NCBI GenBank assembly: GCA_903868125.1
Contig: CAIPUE010000023.1
Coordinates: 19,977 to 83,976, forward strand
Direction of reading: 5' to 3'
DNA from: an uncultured bacterium
GTDB lineage: Bacteria > Cyanobacteriota > Vampirovibrionia > Gastranaerophilales > Gastranaerophilaceae
DNA length: 64,000 bases
The number at the start of each line of letters is the position of its first letter. The stretch's first letter is position 1. Under the pieces are notes generated by a model. It was not told the origin of the DNA. It did no database searches and saw only the letters and a program-made list of their open reading frames with translations. The position numbers and the translations under genes were made by a program. This document shows positions 34,703 to 43,014 of this stretch, piece after piece.

Positions 34703-35087
34703 AAATAAAATTTTGCTCGGGAATTGGCTTAACAAAAGTGATACGGCATTAGATGATACTAAAAAGAATATTGAAATAAATTCGCTAGAAACAGCTCAAA
34801 ACAGACTTTATTATGCAATTTTCTATGCGGTTAGTGCGTTAGCTAAATCAGAGGGTTTTATCACGGCTAAACACGGGCAACTTTTAGGGTGGTTTAATCA
34901 GAATTATGTAAATACAAATAAAATTGATAAAAATATAGCTAAAATTTACAGGCTTTCATTCGAAAATAGACAAAAATCGGATTATACTTTTTTTTATATT
35001 CCTAAAAAAGAAAAGTTGGAACAAGATGTATTAGAGGCAAGTATTTTTATAGCCGAAATTAAAAAAATATTAACAGAAAAATCTTGA
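34692..35087 (+). CDS. HEPN domain protein (toxin candidate of the MNT-HEPN pair)
   Basis: 131 aa, helical. NRLYYAIFYAVSALA ... ENRQKSDY is a PF05168-type R..x.DY motif. I see no canonical R-x4-6-H. Confidence 0.7.
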   Translation: MQDENKILLGNWLNKSDTALDDTKKNIEINSLETAQNRLYYAIFYAVSALAKSEGFITAKHGQLLGWFNQNYVNTNKIDKNIAKIYRLSFENRQKSDYTFFYIPKKEKLEQDVLEASIFIAEIKKILTEKS

Positions 35088-35088
35088 T

Positions 35089-35110
35089 GATTTTATTGAG
35101 GATGTAAAAT
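35089..35110 (+). repeat. right copy of the 22-bp exact direct repeat flanking the MNT-HEPN cassette
   Basis: GATTTTATTGAGGATGTAAAAT. It overlaps the pseH-like ATG (35109). Confidence 0.95.
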
Positions 35111-35561
35111 GGCTGAAGAATTTAAGATAGAGCTTGCTAAAATTGAGGATATGAAAAATGTTTTTGATTTATCTAATGACGAATTGGTAAGGCAAAATTC
35201 ATTTAATCAGGAAAAAATAAACTGGGACAATCATCAAGCTTGGTTTCAGAATAAAATTAATGATGAAAATTGCATTTTTTATAGTGTAAAAAGTTTTGAA
35301 AATGATTTTGTAGGATATGTTAGACTTGATAATGAAAATGATGAATGGATTTTAACGATTCATTTAAACCAAAATTATAGAGGAAAAGGGTTAGGAGCCA
35401 AAATATTGAATAAGGTTATTGAAATTAATAAAACTAAAAAAATAATTGCATTTGTAAAAGAAAAAAATCTGTCTTCTTATCATAGTTTTATTAAAGTCGG
35501 ATTTAAATTGAGAAAATTAATTAATAAAAACTCTGAAAAAACATACGAATTGGAGAATTAA
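35109..35561 (+). CDS. pseH: GNAT N-acetyltransferase, PseH-like
   Basis: 150 aa. WDNHQAWF, and GNAT motif A QNYRGKGLGAKIL. Located within the Pse operon. Confidence 0.6.
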   Translation: MAEEFKIELAKIEDMKNVFDLSNDELVRQNSFNQEKINWDNHQAWFQNKINDENCIFYSVKSFENDFVGYVRLDNENDEWILTIHLNQNYRGKGLGAKILNKVIEINKTKKIIAFVKEKNLSSYHSFIKVGFKLRKLINKNSEKTYELEN

Positions 35562-36229
35562 TGAATATAATTGCTATAAGTAACGACATGTATAATAATT
35601 CCGATTTATTTAGGATAGCTAACGTGACTTTTATTAAAGATAAAAGGGATTTAACTTATGAAAATTTAAAACAAATTAATCCCCAATATATATTTTTCCC
35701 TCACTGGTCTTATATTATTCCTAAAGAAATTTATGAAAATTTTGAATGTATAATCTTTCATATGACAGATTTACCTTTTGGCAGAGGCGGAAGCCCCTTG
35801 CAAAATTTAATTGAACGGGGGATATATCAAACAAAAATTTCTGCAATCAGGTGTGTTAAAGAACTTGATGCAGGGGATGTGTATTTTAAAAAAGATTTTT
35901 CTATAAAAACAGGTTCTGCCCATGAAATTTACAAAGATGGCGCGAAAATTATCTCAGAAATGATTGATGAGATAATTAAAACAAATCCCATTCCCCAAAA
36001 ACAAGAAGGTGAAATCGTTGAATTCAAAAGAAGAACCCCCGAAATGAGTAATATTCAGAACCTAAAAGATATAAACAAAATTTACGATTACATAAGAATG
36101 CTTGATGCACCTAATTATCCAAAGGCGTTTTTGGAATATGAAAAAGTTAAATACGAATTTTTTGATGCTAAAATTGAAGACGGAAAATTATTTGCAAAAG
36201 CGGAAATAAAGGTGAAAGATGAACAATAA
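35561..36229 (+). CDS. formyltransferase family protein (Fmt N-terminal-domain-like)
   Basis: 222 aa. IIFHMTDLPFGRGGSPLQNLIERG resembles the H-x-S-L-L-P-x-x-R-G formyltransferase motif. Confidence 0.55.
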   Translation: MNIIAISNDMYNNSDLFRIANVTFIKDKRDLTYENLKQINPQYIFFPHWSYIIPKEIYENFECIIFHMTDLPFGRGGSPLQNLIERGIYQTKISAIRCVKELDAGDVYFKKDFSIKTGSAHEIYKDGAKIISEMIDEIIKTNPIPQKQEGEIVEFKRRTPEMSNIQNLKDINKIYDYIRMLDAPNYPKAFLEYEKVKYEFFDAKIEDGKLFAKAEIKVKDEQ

Positions 36230-36899
36230 AAAGATTTTAATAGTAGCGGCTCATCCTGACGATGAGGTTTTAGGATGTTTTGCAACGGTCGCAAAATTTA
36301 TTAAGCAAGGTTATGACGCCTATACTTTAATTCTAAGCGGAGGCAAAACCTCTCGCGGAAAGGTCGATGAAAACGAACTTCATCTGCTTCAAGAAGAGAT
36401 GAAAAGCGCGAACGATTTTATTGGAATCAAAAAAGTTTTTATTGCGAATTTTCCTGATAACGCTTTTGATAGTGTATCTTTACTTGAGATAGTTAAAGAA
36501 ATTGAAAAAGTCAAAAATGAAATCAAGCCGGAAATCATATTTACTCATCACTTTGGGGATATGAACATTGACCATCAAATAACACATCAGGCAGTTTTAA
36601 CCGCGACCAGACCCATGAATGATGAATGTGTAAAAACGATTTATTCAATGGAAGTGCCATCTTCTACGGAATGGAACTCTTTTTCAGCTCAAACGGCGTT
36701 TATTCCAAACGTGTTTTTTGAAGTCGAAGATACAATTGATTTAAAGATTGAAGCAATGGCAAAATATAAATCTGAATTACGAGAATATCCGCATCCTCGT
36801 TCTTTGCAACATCTCAAAGAACTTGCAAAGGCAAACGGCACAAAAGTCGGACTCAATTACAGTGAAAATTTTATGCTGATAAGGAATGTAAATGTCTAA
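36219..36899 (+). CDS. PIG-L/LmbE family deacetylase
   Basis: 226 aa. ILIVAAHPDDEVLGC and HHFGDMNIDH motifs. Confidence 0.75.
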   Translation: MNNKKILIVAAHPDDEVLGCFATVAKFIKQGYDAYTLILSGGKTSRGKVDENELHLLQEEMKSANDFIGIKKVFIANFPDNAFDSVSLLEIVKEIEKVKNEIKPEIIFTHHFGDMNIDHQITHQAVLTATRPMNDECVKTIYSMEVPSSTEWNSFSAQTAFIPNVFFEVEDTIDLKIEAMAKYKSELREYPHPRSLQHLKELAKANGTKVGLNYSENFMLIRNVNV

Positions 36900-37920
36900 A
36901 TTTTTTCAAAAACCATTTATAATTGCCGAGATGTCGGGAAATCACAACCAATCGCTTGAAAGAGCTCTGACAATAGTTGAGGCAGCGGCGAGTTGCGGTG
37001 TGGACGCACTCAAAATTCAAACTTATACGCCTGATACTATGACAATTGATTGCAACAGTTCTGATTTTGTAATCCAAGATGAAAATTCTCTTTGGGATGG
37101 CGAGAAACTTTATGATTTGTACAAAAAGGCGGCAACGCCTTATGAGTGGCATAAATCGATTTTTGATAAATGCAAAGAGCTTGGAATTATTGGGTTTTCA
37201 ACTCCTTTTGATTTATCGAGTGTAGATTTTTTGGAAAGCTTAGATTGTCCGATTTATAAAATTGCAAGCTTTGAAAACGGCGATATTCCTTTGTTAAAAA
37301 GAATTGCTCAAACTCAAAAACCGGTGATAATGTCTTTGGGGATGATAGGACTTGAAGAAACAAAAGAAGCTATTGATACGCTAATGAATAACGGTTGCGA
37401 GGATTTGACTCTTTTGAAATGTACCTCAAGCTATCCTGCGAGCGTCGAAAATTCGAATTTATTAACCATTCCTGATTTACAAAAACATTTTCCAAACTGC
37501 AAAATCGGGCTTTCCGATCATACTCTTGGAATTGGGACTGCTATTGCCGGTGTTTCATTAGGTGCTTGTGTCATTGAAAAACACTTCACTTTGTCTCGAG
37601 CCGATGGTGGTGTTGACAGTGCGTTTTCAATGGAGCCTCAGGAGATGAAACAGTTGGTTGAAGAGTGCCATAACGCATATAAAGCTTTAGGCAAAGTGAA
37701 TTATGAACTGAGTGAGAGCGAAAAAAATTCGCTGAAATTCAGACGCTCTTTGTATGTCGTAAAAGATATTAAAAAAGGTGAAAAATTCACTTCTGAGAAT
37801 ATCCGCTCTATTCGCCCCGGATACGGACTTCATCCAAGATATTTCGAGGAAATTTTGGGAAAAGCGGCGAAAAAAGATTTGTGTTTTGGAGCTCCGCTCA
37901 AAATGGGGGATTTTGAATGA
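36892..37920 (+). CDS. pseI: pseudaminic acid synthase (NeuB family)
   Basis: 342 aa. FIIAEMSGNHNQSLERA, with a C-terminal SAF domain (RRSLYVVKDIKKGEKFT..NIRSIRPG). Confidence 0.85.
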   Translation: MSKFFQKPFIIAEMSGNHNQSLERALTIVEAAASCGVDALKIQTYTPDTMTIDCNSSDFVIQDENSLWDGEKLYDLYKKAATPYEWHKSIFDKCKELGIIGFSTPFDLSSVDFLESLDCPIYKIASFENGDIPLLKRIAQTQKPVIMSLGMIGLEETKEAIDTLMNNGCEDLTLLKCTSSYPASVENSNLLTIPDLQKHFPNCKIGLSDHTLGIGTAIAGVSLGACVIEKHFTLSRADGGVDSAFSMEPQEMKQLVEECHNAYKALGKVNYELSESEKNSLKFRRSLYVVKDIKKGEKFTSENIRSIRPGYGLHPRYFEEILGKAAKKDLCFGAPLKMGDFE

Positions 37921-38609
37921 AAAATATCGCAATAATTCCAGCCAGAGGCGGAAGTAAAAGAATCCCGAGAAAAAATATTAAAGATTTTTTTGGTAAACCC
38001 ATAATCGCTTATTCTATCGAAGCTGCCATTAAAAGTGGAGTATTTGATGAAATTATGGTTTCAACGGATGATGTTGAAATTGCCGAAATTGCAAAAAAAT
38101 ATGGTGCAAAAGTTCCTTTTTTCAGAAGTCTTGAACTGTCTAATGATATGGCAATGACTGCACCTGTTTTAATTAATGCTTTAGAAGAATACAAAAAAAT
38201 AGGTCAAGAGTTTGATTATGGTTGCTGCATATATCCTTGCGCCCCTTTTATTGATTCCAATAAGCTTAAAAGCGGGCTTGAAACAATGCTTAATAAAAAA
38301 GCAACCTCGGCAATACCTGTGGTAAAATATTCTTATCCTATTCAAAGGGCTTTGACAATCAAGGATGGAACTCTTTCAATGATTTTGCCTGAGAATATGA
38401 ATGTCCGTTCGCAAGATTTGGAACCAACCTATCATGATGTCGGGCAATATTACTGGTTTGAGATTGAAAGTTTTATAAAAAATCCTGTTTTATTCTCAAA
38501 AAATACTGTCGCAATAATTACTCCTGAAAGTGAAGTTCAAGATATTGATACGGAAGATGATTGGGAAATAGCAGAGATGAAGTATAAAATATTAAATAGG
38601 TTGATATAA
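37917..38609 (+). CDS. pseF: pseudaminic acid cytidylyltransferase
   Basis: 230 aa. IAIIPARGGSKRIPRKNIKDF..GKPIIAYSI is a CMP-sugar synthetase signature. Confidence 0.8.
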   Translation: MKNIAIIPARGGSKRIPRKNIKDFFGKPIIAYSIEAAIKSGVFDEIMVSTDDVEIAEIAKKYGAKVPFFRSLELSNDMAMTAPVLINALEEYKKIGQEFDYGCCIYPCAPFIDSNKLKSGLETMLNKKATSAIPVVKYSYPIQRALTIKDGTLSMILPENMNVRSQDLEPTYHDVGQYYWFEIESFIKNPVLFSKNTVAIITPESEVQDIDTEDDWEIAEMKYKILNRLI

Positions 38610-38637
38610 TACAAATAAATTTAAGAGGGCTTTTAAG

Positions 38638-39249
38638 ATGATATTTAAAACAGAACAAGAAAAGTTTTGGGCAACTACATTCGGTGATGAATATATAAAC
38701 AGAAACGATGATTTACAAATTATCGCAGGAAATATTAATTTATTTTCAAAAATACTTGCCAGAACAACAGGGGTTAAATCGGTAATTGAATTTGGCTCAA
38801 ATATCGGAAACAATCTCAAAGCTATAAAGGCTTTAGTCCCTGATAGTAAGCTTTCTGCTATCGAAATAAACCAAAAAGCAGTCGAAGTTTTAAAAGAACA
38901 AGATGTTAAAATATACGCACAATCAATTTTGGATTTTGAACCTGATTCTAAATGGGATTTAGCTTTCATTAAGGGGGTTTTGATTCATATTAACCCTGAT
39001 GAATTACAAAATGTTTATGAAAAATTATATAATAGTTCTAAAAAATATATTTTGGTTGCCGAATATTATAATCCTTCACCTGTTACAATCCCATACAGAG
39101 GACATTCTGACCGATTATTCAAAAGGGATTTCGCTGGAGAGATAATGGATAAGTATACTGATTTGAAATTGGTTGACTACGGATTCAGCTACCGCCGTGA
39201 CAATAACTTCCCGCAAGATGACATCACTTGGTTCTTGCTAGAAAAATAA
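38638..39249 (+). CDS. pseudaminic acid biosynthesis-associated methylase (TIGR03587-like)
   Basis: 203 aa. EQEKFWATTFGDEYINRN and the SAM-binding VIEFGSNIGNNL. Confidence 0.7.
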   Translation: MIFKTEQEKFWATTFGDEYINRNDDLQIIAGNINLFSKILARTTGVKSVIEFGSNIGNNLKAIKALVPDSKLSAIEINQKAVEVLKEQDVKIYAQSILDFEPDSKWDLAFIKGVLIHINPDELQNVYEKLYNSSKKYILVAEYYNPSPVTIPYRGHSDRLFKRDFAGEIMDKYTDLKLVDYGFSYRRDNNFPQDDITWFLLEK

Positions 39250-39264
39250 TATTGGAGAGATAGA

Positions 39265-40449
39265 ATGAAATATTGTAAAAGATGTGTAATGCCTGATACT
39301 AAACCTGACTTATATCTTGATAATGAGGGTGTTTGTAACGCTTGCAGAAGCTATGAAAAAAGAGCAGAAGTTGATTGGGAAGCCAGAAGAAAAGAATTAA
39401 ATATTATTCTTGATAAATATCGTTCAAAAGACGGCAGTAATTGGGATTGCATTATCCCTGTCAGCGGGGGCAAAGATAGTACCTACCAAGCTATTAAAAT
39501 GAAGCAATTAGGCATGAATCCTTTGTGCGTAACGTCTACAACTTGCCATTTGAGTGAACTTGGAAGAAGAAATATTGAGAATTTAAAAAGATTAGGATTT
39601 GATTATGTTGAGATGTCGCCTAATCCGCAAATACGAAAAAAACTTAATCGAATTGGATTAACTCAAGTCGGGGATATTTCATGGCCGGAACATGTGGGCA
39701 TTTTTACAATTCCAGTTAAGGCTGCTGTACAATATAACGTCCCTTTACTTATTTGGGGTGAAAATTCGCAAAATGAATTTGGCGGGCCTGCTGCCGCAAC
39801 TGAAAATAACGTTCTTGACAGAAGATGGTTAGAAGAGTTTGGCGGATTATTAGGGCTTAGGGTAACTGACTTAATCGGACTTGAAGGATTAGAAGCAAAG
39901 CATTTAATTCCTTATTCTTATCCAACGGATGAGGATTTGCAAAGAGTTGGGGTTACAGGATTGTTCTTAGGGCATTATATACCATGGGATGGTGTTTCAA
40001 ACGCATTGATTTCACAGGCACATGGGTTTGAATGTTTCCCCCATGCCGTAGAGAGCAATTTTTTAAATTATGAAAATGTAGACAATTATCAAACAGGTAT
40101 ACATGATTATTTCAAATTTTTAAAATTTGGTTTTGGGCGAGGAACGGATTTAGCTTGTCTGCATTTAAGACGAGGCAGACTATCAAGGGCAGATGCTGTA
40201 GATATCGTAAGAAGATGCGACGGAAAATTTCCTTGGGTTTATCTTGGGAAACCTATTGAGGAAATTTTAGCACATATCGATATGACCCTTGATGAATTTA
40301 TCAAAATATGTGACCAGTTTACAAATAAAAAAATATTTAAAACTGATGCAAGGGGTAATCTTATAAAAGACAAAGACGGAAATTTGATTAAACTTCAATA
40401 TCCTGAAATAGCTGAAAGTGACCAAGTATTAGTGAAAGGTGCTTATTAA
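39265..40449 (+). CDS. N-acetyl sugar amidotransferase (PP-loop; WbuX/PseA-like)
   Basis: 394 aa. N-terminal CKRCVMP..CNAC zinc ribbon and PP-loop IPVSGGKDS. Confidence 0.8.
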   Translation: MKYCKRCVMPDTKPDLYLDNEGVCNACRSYEKRAEVDWEARRKELNIILDKYRSKDGSNWDCIIPVSGGKDSTYQAIKMKQLGMNPLCVTSTTCHLSELGRRNIENLKRLGFDYVEMSPNPQIRKKLNRIGLTQVGDISWPEHVGIFTIPVKAAVQYNVPLLIWGENSQNEFGGPAAATENNVLDRRWLEEFGGLLGLRVTDLIGLEGLEAKHLIPYSYPTDEDLQRVGVTGLFLGHYIPWDGVSNALISQAHGFECFPHAVESNFLNYENVDNYQTGIHDYFKFLKFGFGRGTDLACLHLRRGRLSRADAVDIVRRCDGKFPWVYLGKPIEEILAHIDMTLDEFIKICDQFTNKKIFKTDARGNLIKDKDGNLIKLQYPEIAESDQVLVKGAY

Positions 40450-40454
40450 AGCGT

Positions 40455-41066
40455 ATGTCTATAGTTATAATTGATTATGGAATGAGCAACTTGGGTTCAA
40501 TACGGCGGGCGATGGAAGAATGTGGCGCGGATGTTTTGGTATCAAACAATCCGGAAGACTTGAAAATATCTGATAAAATTATTTTGCCGGGCGTTGGTGC
40601 TTTTGGCGATGGAATGAAAAATCTTAATAATCAAGGTTGGACAAAAATAATAAGAGAAGAAGTTTTAGAAAATAAAATTCCGATTCTCGGAATTTGTCTT
40701 GGGATGCAATTGCTTGCTACAAAAGGTCATGAGGGCGGTGAATTTGACGGATTAAATCTTATTGAGGGTGAAGTTGTTAAATTTACTTCTTTAGATGATG
40801 AAAGAATCCCGCATGTCGGGTGGAATGAAATTGTAAAAACTAAAGAAAGTCCTATTTTTGAAGGGATAGAAGACGGTTCGGATTTTTATTTTGTGCACAG
40901 TTATCATTTCAAAGCCAAAAACAAAGAAGATGTAATTGCGACAACTTCTTATTGCGGTGAATTTGCTTCTGCAATAAACAAAAACAATATTTTTGGCACA
41001 CAATTTCATCCCGAAAAAAGCATACCTGTCGGATTTCAGGTTTTGAAAAACTTTATAAATTTATGA
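40455..41066 (+). CDS. HisH-like glutamine amidotransferase (WbuY-like)
   Basis: 203 aa. LPGVGAFG, GICLGMQLL (catalytic Cys), FHPEKS. Confidence 0.8.
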   Translation: MSIVIIDYGMSNLGSIRRAMEECGADVLVSNNPEDLKISDKIILPGVGAFGDGMKNLNNQGWTKIIREEVLENKIPILGICLGMQLLATKGHEGGEFDGLNLIEGEVVKFTSLDDERIPHVGWNEIVKTKESPIFEGIEDGSDFYFVHSYHFKAKNKEDVIATTSYCGEFASAINKNNIFGTQFHPEKSIPVGFQVLKNFINL

Positions 41067-41076
41067 GGAATACAAA

Positions 41077-41835
41077 TTGTTAAAAACTCGGATAATACCT
41101 ACATTATTATGGAAAAATATCGGGCTGGTTAAAGGAATAGGTTTTGATAGCTGGAGAATAGTCGGCACGGTTTTACCAGCCATTAAGGTATATAATACAA
41201 GGCAGGTGGATGAGCTTATAATTGTTGATATTTTGGCTACAAGGGAAAATTCAGAACTTGATTTGCGAGCATTAGAAGATTTTTCTGCTGAATGTTTTGT
41301 GCCTTTGACAGTTGGGGGCGGAATAAAGAATATTGATGATGTTAGAAAAATCCTCTGTGCAGGAGCTGACAAGGTATGCATAAACAGTGCTTTGTTTGAA
41401 ACACCTGAATTGGTTAGTGAAATAGCTAAAAAATTTGGGACTCAATGTGTAGTAGGCAGTATTGACGCAAAAAAAGTTAACGGGAAATATGAATGTTTTA
41501 GCCATAGCGGTACAAAATCGACAGGAAAAGAAGTTGTTGAGTGGGCGAAATATTTAGAAAGCTTAGGGGCGGGGGAAATTTTAATTACATCCATTGAAAA
41601 AGACGGAACAATGGAAGGTTATGATTTGGAATTAATCAAAAAAGTTACTGAGGCCGTTAAGATCCCAGTGATAGCATCGGGCGGTGCGGGTAATTACGAA
41701 GATATGTATAACGCATTAGATAAAGCTAAAGCGTCTGCCGTGGCAGCAGCCAGTATATTCCACTTCACGCAACAAACGCCATTGGAAGCCAAAAGATATC
41801 TTTCATCAAAAGGGATTGCCGTACGTAAAGGATAA
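41077..41835 (+). CDS. HisF-like cyclase subunit (WbuZ-like)
   Basis: 252 aa. TTG start 6 nt after GAGGA. RIIPTLL, VGGGIKN, GADKVCINSA, ASGGAGN. Confidence 0.8.
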   Translation: MLKTRIIPTLLWKNIGLVKGIGFDSWRIVGTVLPAIKVYNTRQVDELIIVDILATRENSELDLRALEDFSAECFVPLTVGGGIKNIDDVRKILCAGADKVCINSALFETPELVSEIAKKFGTQCVVGSIDAKKVNGKYECFSHSGTKSTGKEVVEWAKYLESLGAGEILITSIEKDGTMEGYDLELIKKVTEAVKIPVIASGGAGNYEDMYNALDKAKASAVAAASIFHFTQQTPLEAKRYLSSKGIAVRKG

Positions 41836-41916
41836 AATATATAATTTGACTATAAATACAATTTTGGTTACTATTTATATAAGTTGAGTTTAAAAGATTA
41901 GAGAAAAGAGGGTTTT

Positions 41917-42978
41917 GTGAAAAATAAAACAGAAGTTAATAAATGTACTTATGAACTTGATACAGAAGATAGAATTTTAGAATATGATGCAAAAAGAGCG
42001 TTTGGCTGGGAAAAAGAATATAAAATTTATCGTGATGCTTGGCACAATAACCCAAAAAATCTTGATGCAGGCATGTATCCGCTAAATGTAGATTTAGAAA
42101 TGACTGCTATATGTAATTTGAAATGTCCTATGTGCTTTTTGCAATCTCCAAATATGGAAGAAATTAAGGGCGAAAGATTAATTAATCCGGATTTATTTAA
42201 AAAAATTGTTGATGAAATGGCAGAAGCGAATATTCCTGCACTAAGGCTTAACTTCAGGGGCGAACCTACATTACATCCTAATTTTATAGAGCTTATTAAA
42301 TATGCGAAAGAAAAAGGAATCAAAGAAATTTGCATGAATACAAATGGAAGCAAATTAAATCCTGAATTTTTTGAACAGATGGCTCCTTATCTTGACTGGA
42401 TAGTCGTTTCAATTGATGGACTTGACGAAACGTACGAAAAAATCAGAAAACCCATAAAATTCAATTCTTTGTTAGAAAATCTATCCAAAACTATTGAGAT
42501 TAAGAAAAAATTAAACTTAAAACGTCCGGTTATAAAAGCTCAAACAATTTGGACGGCAATAGAGCATGACCCCGAGGCATATTATAATAGATTGGCTCCG
42601 CATGTTGATTTAGTTGGCTATAGCCCCACTTATAATTATGATGAAGCTTATGGAACTTATGACTCTTCTTTGTATGAAAATAAAGAAGAATTCGCATGCC
42701 CGACATTATATCAAAGACTTTTAATCTTATCTAACGGGAAATCTGTATTATGCTGTACAGATTCAAATTCTAAATGTATAGTCGGAGACGCAAATACCCA
42801 AACAATAAAAGAAATATGGAATGGTAAAGTCCTTTCCAATATAAGAAAGTTGCACGAGAATGGTAATTATGACCAAGTCGCTCTTTGTAAAACTTGTTGT
42901 AATTCCAGAAAAATGGAAGACTTAAAGACAATCTCCATAAATAATAGAAATGTAACAATTAAAAATTATAAAGAATAA
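41917..42978 (+). CDS. radical SAM/SPASM domain protein
   Basis: 353 aa, GTG start. CNLKCPMC (C-x3-C-x2-C). Cys-rich C-terminal region (CPTLYQ..LCCTDSNSKC..CKTCC). Confidence 0.75.
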   Translation: MKNKTEVNKCTYELDTEDRILEYDAKRAFGWEKEYKIYRDAWHNNPKNLDAGMYPLNVDLEMTAICNLKCPMCFLQSPNMEEIKGERLINPDLFKKIVDEMAEANIPALRLNFRGEPTLHPNFIELIKYAKEKGIKEICMNTNGSKLNPEFFEQMAPYLDWIVVSIDGLDETYEKIRKPIKFNSLLENLSKTIEIKKKLNLKRPVIKAQTIWTAIEHDPEAYYNRLAPHVDLVGYSPTYNYDEAYGTYDSSLYENKEEFACPTLYQRLLILSNGKSVLCCTDSNSKCIVGDANTQTIKEIWNGKVLSNIRKLHENGNYDQVALCKTCCNSRKMEDLKTISINNRNVTIKNYKE

Positions 42979-43006
42979 TCCGCAATGCCAGACTGCAGAT
43001 TATTCT
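42972..43006. terminator. hairpin between convergent genes (candidate bidirectional terminator)
   Basis: AGAATAATCCGCA ... TGCAGATTATTCT, a ~13-bp stem with one mismatch. It overlaps the TAA of 41917..42978. Confidence 0.5.
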
Positions 43007-43014
43007 AATTTATT

